Source: Eledone cirrhosa
Taxonomy: Eukaryota
NCBI GenBank assembly: GCA_964016885.1
Contig: OZ024743.1
Location: forward strand, 217,062,001-217,126,000
Reading direction: 5' to 3'
DNA length: 64,000 nt
Every line of letters starts with the position of its first letter. The stretch's first letter is position 1. This document shows, piece by piece, positions 1-15,199 of the stretch. Position numbers and translations under genes: made by a program. The notes beneath the pieces are model-generated. The model ran no database searches. It was not told where the DNA came from and saw only the letters and a list, made by a program, of their open reading frames with translations.

Positions 1-66
1 TATGTTGGTAACCTTGAAATATATATAATAAAATAAATATAAAGATGGTCCATTTATTAATATTAT

Positions 67-68
<2 letters not shown>
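1..68 (+). mobile_element. Family A element 3' half (cut by window edge)
   Basis: CCTT-GAAA-TATATA-TA-ATAAAATAAATAT...CCATTTATTAATATTA matches 20934-21000 and 7455-7520. Confidence 0.6.
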
Positions 69-144
<76 letters not shown>

Positions 145-145
145 G

Positions 146-207
<62 letters not shown>

Positions 208-416
208 GAGAAAAACCATAGACCCTCGATCTCAACTCTACTTTTGAAAAGCAGAAGAACTGCGAAACCGGTAGAGGAACCAAATAAATATATATATATT
301 TTTTTAAATAAGACTCCAGTTGCATTTTCGATTTCATCTTTTTTCTTTATACTTTCACTCGTGTAGGACACCTCGGTTATTTTTCATTTTGTAAAAAAAC
401 CTCACTTTCTAATATA
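208..416 (+). mobile_element. Family H element (U3-A8 hammerhead), second copy at 56545-57360
   Basis: Near-identical reverse complement of 56545-56757; flanked by (TA)n. Confidence 0.85.
241..276 (+). ncRNA. Variant hammerhead with U3-A8 core (family H)
   Basis: CTT-TTGAAAA-GCAGaagaaCTGC-GAAA-CCGG-TA-GAG; paralogs at ~56685-56725 (minus) and ~56797-56833 (plus). Confidence 0.65.
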
Positions 417-440
417 TAAATAAATATATATATATATATA

Positions 441-441
441 T

Positions 442-516
<75 letters not shown>
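441..516. repeat. (TAGA)n tetranucleotide microsatellite
   Basis: Direct inspection. Confidence 0.97.
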
Positions 517-3500
517 TACATATATAAGGGATATCAAAATATCGTTATAGGTAATACAGTTCGAGGTTGTGAATACTTCGTATTATGGATAGTTTTATCT
601 CCAATGATCTGGTTAAGCTAACGACGTATTTAAAATATTGTGGCACTGCTTCAGGTGTTCAGCAATTTTTAGACAACTTAATCAGTGAAACAATTGTTAG
701 ACTGTAAATAAAACCTTTTTTGTACTGTTGACCATATTATTCTTCACTCTTTCTATATACATATATATATATATATGAGTTCGAAGTTTAAATTCATAGG
801 ATCTCTCTTTGTATACTTGTTTAACACGTGTTTCTCTAAACCACATGTTACGTAATAATTCCTCAACGTGAAGCTGGAAATTGCTTATCAGACGCTATAG
901 GAATTACAATCCTCACATCTCTTATTACATAACTACGTTTATAGCTTTTCATTTTCGGAACAAAAATACGATATAAATATTTGATGAAATGAATCTATCA
1001 CACGTAAATATTTTATATAAACTTCCTGCAAATTCTGCCAACGCATATGGATAATCGTTTAAATTTCAACGAACATGTAATCTGAATATCAAATTCACAG
1101 AATGGATTGAGTGCTACCATCGACATAAGCAGCCAGTAATATAAGAGACACAAAGTGAGATTCTCTGTAGGAGCTACTGTTCTCTTCTTCCGTTTATAGA
1201 GTTATTTTACCCGATTTTCTAAAGCTATGTTCATTAACATTTTCCTGCGTTTGAGAAGGGATTTTTTACGTTTCTCTTCATTTTGAAAAGATTACGATCA
1301 TCAGCTTTCCTTTTTGAAAAAACAAATGTAGAATTAATCCAACAGTTTGGAGATGACATTTTCCAGTTAATCAAAACTATATACTTCCTACGATCAATTA
1401 ACTTTCTGAGAGAAACAGATAATCGAATTCTAAACTATAAATGGGGAATCAGATATGACCAACTAATTTTACGCAATTTATAAATAACACTATCACCGAG
1501 TTCATTTCAACTTTATAACTAACATCAATAAAACATCTAACAAACTGTGATATTTTGAATTGTGTAACCTCCAGCAAGTAACTACCGACTTGAAAATAGA
1601 AACTCTAGCCAGATATCTAATGTCCTAAGACCTTCCTTTAACCTTCAATGCGATATGCAAAACCACATTTATCTTAGTAAAACATATATAAGCATTAAAA
1701 TATTTACTGATGTTACACCAACCACTCAAAATGTATATCACTTATATGAAAGAGCAATCATGTTATGATGCTGTGGTTCAGATCTGTCTTCCACAAAGCC
1801 ATTTACAGAATTAGGCATAAGTAATATTAGCCTATTCCTTCTGATATCCAATGCACTTACTTTTGCTAAGTTAATTATAGCCATTAAGGAGTCTGATTGA
1901 ATTTAACGTTATAATTCATGCAAAGGAATCTAACTTGTTTGTGATAAAACAGACTATGTTAAGAAACGTCTAAATATTTCTGTCAATGTAATAATTGGAG
2001 CTAAAGCTTCAGCGAAGGTCAGCAGTAACATCCTTCTGTATATTTCCAGGAAAATATATTCTAGATTTCTCTTGATGATAGATGACTTCGGTCAGAGTTT
2101 GTGAACTGTTTGCGTAAACACAGATTTAAGGTTCACTATGTAGAAATATTTTATCTAAACCTTCAGGTATCTTTAAAGTCTTACGAGTTCAAATTACAGT
2201 CCATTCTAACCTAAGAATGTGTAAACGTTTTACAAACTTTGAAAGTGTTTAGATGTGACGTTGAATAACTCCTAATACCAACATAAGCTTTCCGACTATC
2301 CGTAAAATAATATTCCAATAAATTAAAAATAAATGTTTTGATGTATTTTAGATCTCTGTGCTAAGAAACTAACCATCCTTACGTGTAGTAGCTTCGCAGA
2401 TCAAGAACAATATGTATAAAGACTCAATCTACAAGTATCTAATACAAGAAAGAAACTATATATTAATATTGACATTTTGCCAATTTTTCTGCAAGCTCTG
2501 CATCAATCGTTGCCCAGAAGAACACAAATATTCTAGTATATTTTATTGAAAACTATATTGAAATGTTTTCTTCGATCGAATGAAGAAAACTTTTAATAAT
2601 TCTAAATAATCTAAATGCCCATTAAATTGCAAATAAAAGCAAATAAATTGTGTAACTGTAGAAACTAATACGCGCTGTAAATTAAGGCGCATTCAGCATA
2701 CGTACGCATTCCTTAACCATGAGGGCAAGACCATCTATGGCAGTTTACTTTCAAAACACATTTAGGAAAGAACATCTAAAAATGTGAATTACGATATGAT
2801 GTGGGAAATTATTCCTGTCTCTAAATTATAAATATGACAAGAAATTACGCTGTCATTGGACAATGACTATCATGTACAATGTGTCTCCTTAACTGTGGAA
2901 ACCAATGTAAGACCCGGTTTGATATATTCTGATATTGAATAGATCAGTTTGTTTAGTATAACGTTTATCATACCCCTACACTCAGAGTAAGAATTGTCAT
3001 ATTTTGTTATTGTGTACGCCAATGATTCCCAGAACAAAATAATTTTCAGGTTGTCAAGATTTCATATCCGCCAGTCTTATAGATAGGTATCTACACATGC
3101 AAACATGTGTAGGGCGAGATGACATAAGCCCATATTTAAACATATATACACGCCCAACAAACACACAAGCATGTACACACCGTAGACGACATATACAGCA
3201 TCAGAAATGTAAATGAAAATATAAATACAATACCTTTAAACATGATCATTATTTTCTGTGGCATTGCATACCAACCGTCGTATTAAAACACGTGCAAGCG
3301 CACCCATGTGTGTATGTATGTATGACTGTCTGCCTATATGTGTCTCTATGTCTGTCTGCATGTATGTATGCATATATGTGTCTCTCTTCCTATTTCTCGC
3401 TTCCTTTATTAGTGTGTGTGTGTGTGCTTATATATATATATATATATATATATATAAGCACACACCCACACTTATGTATATTGTATTGTATCGAAAATAT

Positions 3501-4711
3501 TTCGCTCTGTTCCCATTGCCAATTTAAACGTCAAAATCGGACACATGAACCTGCACCAAACTAGTTTTAAGGTATTCCTTCTTCTCTGATAACAAGCGAT
3601 ATATTTCATCGACTGCTATTAACTTATCTTGTATTTGACATGATAAGTGTTTTAGATTGGTTCCACTCTATTTCGGGCTCACAAATTGGCGATACATTAA
3701 CCAACTCTTTCTCTTTCTCTCTTAACGTTTTCGCCCTTTTTCCTCCGTTGTCGTTCTCTTGCTTTACCATTCTGCGTGTATTTTTCCTCCGTCTTTTAGT
3801 AAATTTCTTTGCTTCTTTTATATCTTCTTTTATATCTATCTTTAATTTTCCTCTTCCTCACACAATGTGTCTTTTACGAAATTTCATCTTTTCGGCTTTC
3901 TTCATCTCTTATCATTCTTTAAATCCATCCTATTTCATAATCCTTAGTTTGTTTATTTCATATATTCTTTTGCTTAAGTTCTTTTCGAATAGTTATGTTA
4001 AACAGTAAGTATATTCCACATAGACTATGTCTCTTATTTATTAAATTTCTCATATAGCAGTTAATACATCAGTTCTTCGAAATTAATAATTCCGACAAAC
4101 TGAGATAGAAATATTAGATGCATTGAGTGCGTTTTCTCACCAACACACAGATCTTTAGATGTGAATTCACAATGAAAACGTCAGATATTTTAGATTCAAA
4201 TATCACGTCCGTTAGTTTTTTAGCCCTAATAGTCTGGGAAACAATATCTGTCGGCATAGTTTTGGAATTCGATTTACTCGCATTACCATGAATTTCTTCA
4301 TTATAGTTTTTCTATATCAAAGTTAATAATTATGCCAGAAGGCAACAATAACGAAACACTAATTGGTAATAATAAAATACGGCCACAAAATCAAAAGAGA
4401 TATTGTATAAGAAGGAAAAGAGATGGAAATACATCAAAAAGGGGAAACAAAAGAATATGGTGAGTAAAAATATGTAGAATCTAATTGAATAACCAAAATG
4501 AAAAATAAAAATAAGAAAGGAGATATCATTATTCGATACGCAGAGACAGGAGAAGAGGGAGAGTTGTTCTTGTAATTACTTGTTACAACATTTAACAACT
4601 GTACCAGCGGCTGCTATGGAATGAACATCACAGCAGTAAGCGTACGTGACATAAACTGAACTCGGAATCCAGGAAACTTAATTCGGTGTCCTCAGAGAAA
4701 ATCACATTTAA

Positions 4712-4771
4712 TAATTGTTTCTACTTTTGGCACAAGGCCAGCAAATACCCAGTGCATTACTGGTACTTTAT
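4712..4771 (-). mobile_element. 5'-truncated SINE family 1 (3' ~57 bp) with 18-bp TSD
   Basis: TSD AAAATCACATTTAATAAT at 4698-4715 and 4772-4789. Confidence 0.85.
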
Positions 4772-5896
4772 AAAATCACATTTAATAATCTACTACGGAC
4801 AGATAATATCCCGTAGCCTATGATTTGGACATCCGTCGATTTAGACCTCTAGAGTTTCAGATGTTCAAACCACGGAACAGTGTGCAAGTCGAATTAATAT
4901 ACAAGTGGGTAAATATTACACAAAACTCGTTATATCAGCCATTAAGTATATTCACAGGGTGATTCAGCGTGATACAATATTTTACAAGATCGGTCATTTA
5001 ACATAAGAGTAAGACTCATTTTTTCCAGCTGAGTGGACTGGACCAGTATGAAATGAAGTGACTTGATCAAAGATATAACGAACCATCATGTATCGAAATT
5101 TAAGATTGTGACCAAGACGTTTTCCTATACTTTAATAAAGTATAAATCACAACCCAAGTAACTACCATTTAAATGTTTAGAAGATACATTTTGTATGTTA
5201 TAATACAATATAAAATATTTGATTAACAGGCATCGTGACTGCAAACATATCGCTACCGACATTAGGGTAATTATTATGTTATTCCTAATAGCCCAAATAT
5301 TAGTAAAGAGAAACATGGGAGAACGATTTATGATGTCTCTGCTTCCTATTAATTATATAAAACGAATTTCAATGTTTAATATTCCCAAATGTTTCAAGTG
5401 CTTTCTCTCTCTCTCTTCTCCATCCCCCCTTTCTCTCTTATATATGTATATATATATAATAAATGTAATGAAGGTGTAAACAATCGTCCTTGTTATCCTT
5501 TCAATATATATATATATATATCGGAAGTTTGTGTTACTATAGGGCGGATGGCTGCTATAAACACGGAGGTTCAACATACGCGAGATGGGAGTTCATTTTC
5601 TACAAACATACCTGTCCACCCTTTTCTTATAGACATGTTTATTTACAAGAATTCGGTTTATTCGGGTATTTTATTGTTGAATATAAAAAATGGGGATCTA
5701 ACAACTTTTACAAATTAACATACTTTCAGGCAGTCCAAGATACTCCTATGGAATGGCCGAATGACGTATATTTCTCAACATGGTCCTTAAAAAGAAACCA
5801 TTAATAAGAAGAATTTGAATTAAAGCTTGCAAGATGTAACAGAGCTAACATCAATCCTTCATAGTCAGTCTTCCTACATTTCAACCAACCTTCATA

Positions 5897-5936
<40 letters not shown>

Positions 5937-6244
5937 CCAGATGTTTACTGGGCATCAGTATTACTACAATATATGATGAATTGGAGAATAGTTACAGTAA
6001 AATGGCATGATTTCTGCTGGCAGTTAAACTCCTGAATACATAAATGGAGCATAACTAGAGACGGATGAAATCTCGGATGGGGTTTACACATTTTAACAAC
6101 AAAAATACACACACACACACACACACGCACGCACGCCAACCAACCCCCCCCCCACACACACACATACATATTTATATATATATGAAGGACTATTTTTTTC
6201 ATATGTAACCCATATGCAACCACGCACCACTCAATTCTTCTCAT

Positions 6245-6279
<35 letters not shown>

Positions 6280-6962
6280 GTACGATAGATGATACGAAGC
6301 ATTTTGAGATGAGATATGTAATAAAAGACCGATAAGTTTCCAAAAGCCGAAGCACATTTTCTACAATAGTGATACCATGTAAGCGTATATCAAATCTCAT
6401 AGGCTATATAACGAAGTGCACATTAATCATGTTTTATTTATTTTGCATCATTTCTGCTTCACTTTTAAAAATATGGTATAGCCCTGAAATATATTGAAAT
6501 ATACTAGGTAAAATTACATAACATTGTCTTATTTTTCATCGTTTGATCTTTATAAATTTCTACCGATTACTACTGGCATTTTGAAAGTCATCAGTCTCTC
6601 TCTCTCTCTCTTTCTTTCTTTCTCTCTTTCTTTCTCTCCCTCTCTTCCTCTCTCTCCCTCTATCTGTATATATATATATATAGTGTGTGTGTGTGAGGAA
6701 TATGTGTGATACTCAGATTTTCTTTTTATACACCGCAGCACGTAGGTATATTTAGGTTAAAACGTACATAACTTTATTTAGGAAAAAATACAATTCACAT
6801 TGAGATTGCAATACGTTTGTACTTGAGTGAAGCAATATGTTGTCGTACGCAATGCAAAAAGGGAAATTCTGAATAGCAGCATTATCTATCTTATTGTGCA
6901 CACACACACACACACATATACATACACACACACACTCACTCATACAAACATGTACAGGTACG

Positions 6963-7033
<71 letters not shown>

Positions 7034-7052
7034 TTATATGTGCGTGTGTGTG

Positions 7053-7114
<62 letters not shown>

Positions 7115-7115
<1 letters not shown>

Positions 7116-7517
7116 TAGAAGTTGTATTTAATTTGTTGGAAGTCCGACAAACATAAATGTTTATAACTGATTTAGAGCACTCAACAGTTTACTGGAGTAT
7201 TCAATGATATTAAATAAATGGAAACTATATTTATTTTATTATATATATTTCAAAGGCAACAAAGACAACATTAGTACGCTTACATCTGATAAAATACAAT
7301 TTTATTTATTTATAAATAGAGACGTACCCATGAAAATCATACCTTATCGGTGAATTTCCAACCGATAAGTTATGATTTTCATGGGTACGTCTCTATTTAT
7401 AAAAAAAACTTTGTATTTTATCTGATGAAAGCGTACCAATGTTATCTTTGTTGGCCTTGAAATATATATAATCAAATAAATATGGTTTTATAAATATAGT
7501 TTCCGTTTATTTAATAT

Positions 7518-7522
<5 letters not shown>
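7115..7522. mobile_element. Family A foldback element (arms 7202-7351 / 7361-7522) between (TA)n tracts
   Basis: Imperfect ~150-bp inverted repeat with a 9-nt loop, plus an unpaired ~85-bp extension on the left. Confidence 0.85.
7413..7478 (+). ncRNA. Minimal hammerhead ribozyme (family A) in the right arm of foldback 7202-7522
   Basis: TTTTAT-CTGATGA(7422)-AAG...CTT-GAAA(7459)-TATATA-TA-ATCAAA. Confidence 0.7.
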
Positions 7523-7597
<75 letters not shown>

Positions 7598-7599
<2 letters not shown>

Positions 7600-8045
7600 T
7601 TATTTATAGATAACGAGGAATCAGTGATACATTAAAACACACTGATTAGTCATTGGCTAAGCATTTCAGGCGTCACTTCGTCCTTTGACCAGTCCACTTC
7701 GACCACTGTTTCCATTTATTCACGCATGACTTATGCATCACTAGGCCGCTTAAGCAGGATGTTGTCAAGGGATTAGAATTAAACGGACTAAATATTGTGA
7801 GTATGAAGAAATGCTTTGAAAACATTAAACATATCTGAGGATCTTACGAGTGCAGAGTCAGGTTCGATCTATAATACATCGTGCCTTGAGCTGATCGTCG
7901 GAGAAACATACGTAATATGTTAATAAAATGTGTTTTAATGCATCACTGATTCCTCGTTATCTATAAATATATATTCACCTCCGCCTGAGCATCGAGTGCT
8001 CAAACAGCATACCGCCATCGGACGCATTTATTGCAACCTTACAAC
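7598..8045. mobile_element. Family E element with short inverted arms (~7600-7642 / ~7930-7970) enclosing a hammerhead
   Basis: TTTATAGATAACGAGGAATCAGTGATACATTAAAACAC versus GTGTTTTAATGCATCACTGATTCCTCGTTATCTATAAA; (TA)n on both sides. Confidence 0.75.
7828..7921 (+). ncRNA. Hammerhead ribozyme with long stem II (family E), intact core
   Basis: AACATAT-CTGAGGA-TCTtACGA...TCGTcGGA-GAAA-CATACG-TA-ATATGTT; 7-bp perfect stem I. Confidence 0.8.
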
Positions 8046-8132
<87 letters not shown>

Positions 8133-8136
8133 GTAT

Positions 8137-8213
<77 letters not shown>

Positions 8214-8263
8214 CGAGTATTCTGGTGCATTATATTCCACATGGTTCCTTACTGGACTTTCTT

Positions 8264-8312
<49 letters not shown>

Positions 8313-9140
8313 GAGAAGAAAGAAGAATACTGCGTGGTTTGCACAAGGGTTACATATGATAAAAATAGTCCTTCGCCAGTGATTTTCCAACCATCATTGG
8401 TATTTCATCGCATATACTGATGTCCCGTTGATAGGTTAATCGTGCGGATATACAGTCTTCAGTATGTATACAAGTGATTTTCATCAATTATCTATAACTC
8501 CTCTCAGAAGCAAGTGTTAGCCTTGTTTGTTTTTCATCTCCTCCATAAGCTCGTAAATTAAAGCCTGACCTTCGTTTCCGACATTAAATTCAAGATGATT
8601 AACTTTTACTGCCAACAGTTGAAATCTTCTTTCAAACAATTGAAGCTGCCAATCAAATAGCCTATTTGTTGATGGCGATGAGGCGAAGTTTTCTAATATA
8701 GCCAGTTATTAATTATCCGCGCAGTTATTATTCATTAATGACTTAAAGAGAGCACTGATGAAAAATAAACATTGAAATAAGCTCACAGAAGATAAATTAT
8801 ACTCCCCGCCGACTGACTTATCGACATCTTGAGATAAAGTGATATGCATATTTGTATGCATGTATACCTGTATCTATGCATGTATATATGTTATGTTATT
8901 TTATGTATGCATACCAATAGGCACAATAGATGCACAGAAGAGCAGAAACTGGTATACTAAATGGATTATACATAATATATTTTACGTATAAACCCCACAA
9001 CGGGACAAACATTTCTAGGCTAAGCAGATAGATGTGTAGATGGATGGACAGATAGGCACGAGCTCTTAAATCAATACAAAGGCAGCTTCCACATTCTCTG
9101 AAGCTGTTAGTTCGAAAGAGATACAGAATCGGTGAGAACG

Positions 9141-9177
<37 letters not shown>

Positions 9178-9287
9178 TAATTTAATATATCAACTAACAT
9201 AAGCGCACAGATGCACGCCCATGCCAGCAAATATACAGGTTATGTCATAGTACCTAGGTGGTTCAATGCAGGAGGATGCAGAACAAT

Positions 9288-9548
<261 letters not shown>

Positions 9549-9591
9549 CGAACCCACCGATTCTGTATCACTCTCTGTGAAGCTGGCTTTG

Positions 9592-9624
<33 letters not shown>

Positions 9625-9628
<4 letters not shown>

Positions 9629-9838
9629 ATATTAACAAATGGAAACTATATTTATAAAACCAGATTTATTTTATTATACATATTTCAAGGGACATCAAGG
9701 GAAATTATGGTGGGCTTTCATCACATAAAATACAATACTGATTTGTTTTATAAATAAATATTGACGTACCCTGAAAAAAGACAACCTTAACAGTTGGAGC
9801 TTCCTGGATAGTGAATCCCAACAAATTAAATATAACAT
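9625..9838 (-). mobile_element. Family A hammerhead-bearing element (core GTGATGA, mutated)
   Basis: Minus-strand fold 9667-9732: TATTTTAT-GTGATGA-AAG...CTT-GAAA-TATGTA-TA-ATAAAATA; homologous to 7202-7350; flanked by (TA)n. Confidence 0.7.
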
Positions 9839-9842
9839 CTGC

Positions 9843-9893
<51 letters not shown>

Positions 9894-9903
9894 TGTGTGT
9901 TTG

Positions 9904-9938
<35 letters not shown>

Positions 9939-9956
9939 ATATACGTACTCACCGAA

Positions 9957-10016
<60 letters not shown>

Positions 10017-10033
10017 GAATGAACAAATAACCA

Positions 10034-10365
10034 GGATTAAATTACATTAAATGATTTAATTGAATGTCAAATTAGATAATTGGTTTACGAACGTTTCTAC
10101 CAACGCTCTAAGTAAATGCATTTATTGTGTATTGATTGCTTCAGAATCTATTAAATAACATAAATGACAATTATTTACGAAAATGTAATGAAATTTAAGT
10201 TTGTTTATGTTTTCAGAATGGAGATGTTCGGACATTTGGTTGGTAAATAGTTATGTTATGTTGTTTAATAGATTCCGAAGAAATCAATACAAGATAAATG
10301 TACTTTCTTACTGTATTGAAAGAAACGTTCGTAAGCCAATTAATTAATTGAATGTAATTTAGTCC
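10034..10365. mobile_element. Diverged foldback element with degenerate hammerheads in both arms
   Basis: Arms ~10034-10178 / ~10245-10365. Plus arm CCGAAGA(10275)...GAAA-CGTTCG-TA; minus arm CTGAAGC...GAAA-CGTTCG-TA. Confidence 0.65.
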
Positions 10366-10531
10366 CATAGATTTTGCCCTTCTTGCTGTGGACTATAAAA
10401 ACGCATTCGGGTTAAATGTTCTTTACCTCAATATTGTTGTCGTATAAACGCATTTAACACACACACACACACACATACGTTTATATATATATATATATAC
10501 ACACATATACATATATATACATATATATATA

Positions 10532-10570
<39 letters not shown>

Positions 10571-11067
10571 GTTTGTATTTGTAAAGCCAAAACAATGCAG
10601 CTATGGACATAGAATATAAATGCAAATGCAAAAGATATTGTTGACAATTAGTCTTTTACCTTAAATTTATTTAAATGTCCTTAATTTTCGAGATAATATC
10701 TCTTCTTCGGAGGGAAGTAAAGCGGTTAAACCAGTGTTCTAAATATATATGCATGCATGCACGCCAGGGATTTATATGGGTGATTGTATATACGCTGAAG
10801 ATTGTTTTCATTACATCAATATGAATTATATATATATGTGGATTATACTCAACGTCGGTATATGTGGATAAGTCAGTATATCCAAGTATTGATGTCTGCG
10901 TGTGCCTGCTCCGGTGATTAGATATTAAGTTATTAAATAAATATTGTTCTCTTCATAAGACGTCCATTTTATTTGGATGAGAAAATGTCGAAAATAAATC
11001 ATGGTATTAGTTATATAATACCAGAATATAATACCAGAGAAGTGGGCTTAATTTAATGAAAGAAAAA

Positions 11068-11247
11068 TAATTGTTTCTACTTTAGGCACCAGGCCAGCAA
11101 TTACCCAGTGCATTACTGGTACTTTTTTATCGACCCCGTAAGGATGAAAGGCAAAGTCAACCTCGGCCGGATTTGAACTCAGATCGTAAAGGGACGTAAC
11201 TATGCTGGAAAGCATGGCGTCGGACCCTCTACTGATACTGCCAATCC
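11068..11247 (-). mobile_element. tRNA-derived SINE family 1
   Basis: A box TGGCAGTATCAG, B box GAGTTCAAATCC, central GCCTTTCATCCTTACGGGGTCGATAAA..AGTACCAG, tail GTAGAAACAATTA. Confidence 0.88.
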
Positions 11248-11974
11248 CGAGGCTCCTTGAAATATATTTGTTTCATGAATTGATATCTAAGTTGCATTTT
11301 AACGCTGTGTATGTAATTAAAAATCCTTAGGCATACATGCACGTATGTAACCAGGTCAATTGTCTCACAATATTTTATACTATATCTAAAAAAGTTTGTT
11401 GTTTTGCTACTACAGTCGGTATTGCATTTGCATACTGTCTCCACTTCATCAGCATATTTCTTGTTCGCTCGTGCTCGTTTTGACTAGAGTATTTGGGATA
11501 AGCAGGTTAGGCGCACCACACATGCAATGTAGAGTAAGCTAATATAGAGCTTGTCACTTCTTCTCTATGTTATAAGTCCTCTTATGTACATGGAGTCCTT
11601 AAGGAGTACATGGGCTTTCCTTTTCCCAAAGGCTGTGTTTCACAAAGTTATGTTGCTTTCTGTTTATTTAGTATTTCTTTCTGATTGGTGTCCGCCAAAT
11701 GACACATTTCCGGCGTTCTAGTGTTTAATTTCGTTTATTTGGCTTGTTCCAGCATTGCAGGTTAGCTCACTGGCGGCGGCTCTCGGGTCTTTCAGAGATT
11801 CCGTAGGCCCACGGTGACTAGTATTATTTTCATTTTCTTTGTTCTACCTATCATGGAACATACAACTCAACAATCCTAAGTATATATATGAATATATAAC
11901 CTACTTACATTCGACACACACGCATATATATATATTCATACATACAAACAACATGAACGTATGTTTGTTTGTTT

Positions 11975-12066
11975 ATATATATATATGTGTGTGTATATAT
12001 ATATATGTGTGTGTATATATATATGTATATATATATGCATATACATATGTATATATATACATATAC

Positions 12067-12111
<45 letters not shown>

Positions 12112-12182
12112 CATATATATATATAAATATACATATATATATAATGTATATACATATGCATATATATATGTATATATATATG

Positions 12183-12243
<61 letters not shown>

Positions 12244-12274
12244 GTATATATATATATGTATATATATATATATG

Positions 12275-12319
<45 letters not shown>

Positions 12320-12434
12320 GTATATATATATATATGTATATATATATGTATATATATGTATATATATATGTATATATATGTATATATATACGTATATATA
12401 TATGTATATATATATATATATATGTATATATATG

Positions 12435-12467
<33 letters not shown>

Positions 12468-12532
12468 GTATATATATATGTATATATATATATATATGTA
12501 TGTATATATATGTATATATATATATGTATATA

Positions 12533-12611
<79 letters not shown>

Positions 12612-12686
12612 GTATATATATATATATACATATATATGTATATGTATACATATATATATATATATATACGTATGTATGTATGTATA
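11975..12686. repeat. ~700-bp degenerate (TA)n/(TATG) microsatellite; representative of dozens of (TA)n, (CA)n and (GA)n tracts in the window
   Basis: Direct inspection; source of the YI/CV/HT/RE ORFs. Confidence 0.97.
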
Positions 12687-14292
12687 GAAATATCGACATA
12701 TATCAAAACACAAATATATCTGACAAGTCTTGACTTTTAAAATAAAAATATTTTATGTCACCATGGTAATTTCAAATCAGCGTATTATGTTTTTCAACAC
12801 AAAGAAATTGTTTCATATATAGTTATAACACATTTTATATCTTTAAATCATCTTAGTGGTTACACGATAAATTTCTGTAATAGCAATTCGCTTTAGGTCA
12901 CTTAATTTCGACACATCGGGACATTTATTCCGTATTTCACTTATACTTGCTTTCAACGTATGTTGTCCAAGTCAAATACTATCACATTTAGTATGGAATT
13001 CTGTTTGTTTCAATATTGTATGATTTATTTCTTGTTTCGCAGAGATAAAAGCCAGGATTATGAAAAGTGAATTTTGAGCAACATAAACGCCAAAAGCGTA
13101 ATTAAATGGAAGGAGAGAAAATATTTAATAAAGCAAAGAAAAAAGAAACAAATAAGTAAATAAATAAACAAATAAATTAAATGAAAATAGAAAATCACCA
13201 ATCTTGAGATCAAGAGAATGATGAATTATTGAAGTGATAGATTTGCTTTGTTGTTGTTTAGCTCCGGATTATATGCAGATATATGATCAAAGGAATTTCA
13301 TATCTGACAAACTAACCATACCGCCAGAGGATACTCTCTGATAGGTTTACCGATATACCCATAGCTGTGGAAAACTTTGGCGTGTTTTGTTCCCGAAATA
13401 TCTTTCTACTTACTGTGATCTGGGCGAAGGTGGATATCCGGACGAAAGAACCCGTGAATTGCACTGTCTCGTTCAGTACAAATCCTATTTATCTTCGGAT
13501 ATAATTTATTCCCCATTCCGTTCACAGGAATTATGAAGCAAAACTTGATTGATGTTATATAAAAGACATGAGAGTCTACTTAATTATTTAAATTTCGTTT
13601 ATTACCATTCATTACGAAGAGGGGAATAGCTAGGTTTCTATTGTCCTAACGAGTTACCAAGGTACTAGGATAACATCACCTAATATACATGTTTTACATT
13701 AGAAACACTACATTATGATTCGTTGGAGATTTGGTTGTAATTTCTAGCAGGTAGAATGATCATTTAGAGGCTTATACTTTGATCTATAGTGACGGTATAG
13801 CTATCTTATGTAAGCAAGGATGTAGGTATAACCGAGAGATAAGATGATCACTCTGCCATTATGTCCTGGATTGGATCTCAACAGTAATTAATTTAACAAA
13901 TATACGTGTGAACGTAAACCTTCTGAATGAAATTGTGTCGACAAAATTCTTACAGAAAACTGTCCAATGGACTGCACATCAAACTCAAACGGTCAGTGTT
14001 GTCACACTCCGTCACGCTGACTATCTTTGAGAATTGCGTTCCGACCTCACGGCACTGTCTAATTCTAAGATACGAAAGCGCTAATTAAATATAACAAGTA
14101 GGTAGTTCATTGATTCATTAGATCTGCCAACTGGAACTCACATTGCATTGAGTTCTAGTATCTATTTCATACATTTTTACAATGTGAGGAAACAGTATGG
14201 GAAGGCAATAACATAGTTCTGTTAATGAAGAGAAACACACACACACACACACAGACACACAGACACACACAGACACCCCCCCCCCCCACACA

Positions 14293-14375
<83 letters not shown>

Positions 14376-14402
14376 TTATATATATATTTATATATATACA
14401 TA

Positions 14403-14490
<88 letters not shown>

Positions 14491-14494
<4 letters not shown>

Positions 14495-15080
14495 TAAACG
14501 GAATAGAAAATGCTGACAAATTGTTCACAGTTGAAAAATAGTTTAATTAGGAATAAAAGAGTATTAGTAATTGTATGGGTTAGTATTCAGTTGTGGTTTT
14601 AAGTTTTTAAGTTTTTACCGGTTGCGCATTTCTAAATGCTTTTCAAAAATAATTTTGAGATAGAGTGTCCGTGTTGTTTGCTCTGATCTGATTAGTTTTG
14701 GGAATTCTACCTGTTTTTATGTTAAAAAAGTGGCTCCAGCGCTACTTTGGTGTTGCAAAAATTCTTGTGGTCAAAACAATTTTGATAGGTAGGTAGAGGT
14801 CATGTGAATGTAAAAAATTGATTTTGCGCCAAGACTGTGTTTATGTTAAAAAAGTGGCTCCAGCGCTACTTGGTGTTGCAAAAATTCTTGTTGTCAAAAC
14901 AATTTTGATTGGTCGGTAGAGGTCATGTGAATGTAAAAAATTGATTTTGCGCCATGACTGAGAAATGACTCTTTCACAGCAAATATGTGTGTGTGTGTGC
15001 GTGTAGTAGTAGTAAAGTGTTCGATGTTGTGATAATATCGAATAATGTACACCATTTTACCAGGGGGAAAAAATACTGGT

Positions 15081-15113
<33 letters not shown>

Positions 15114-15115
15114 TT

Positions 15116-15199
<84 letters not shown>

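Noticed and set aside
8750-8790. CTGATGA...GAAA motif
   Set aside because: Stem I does not pair and stem II is only 2 bp; likely chance.
11905-12740. Long ORFs (up to 264 aa) of YI/HT/CV repeats, and similar ORFs throughout the window
   Set aside because: Translations of dinucleotide microsatellites, which lack stop codons; no protein signal.
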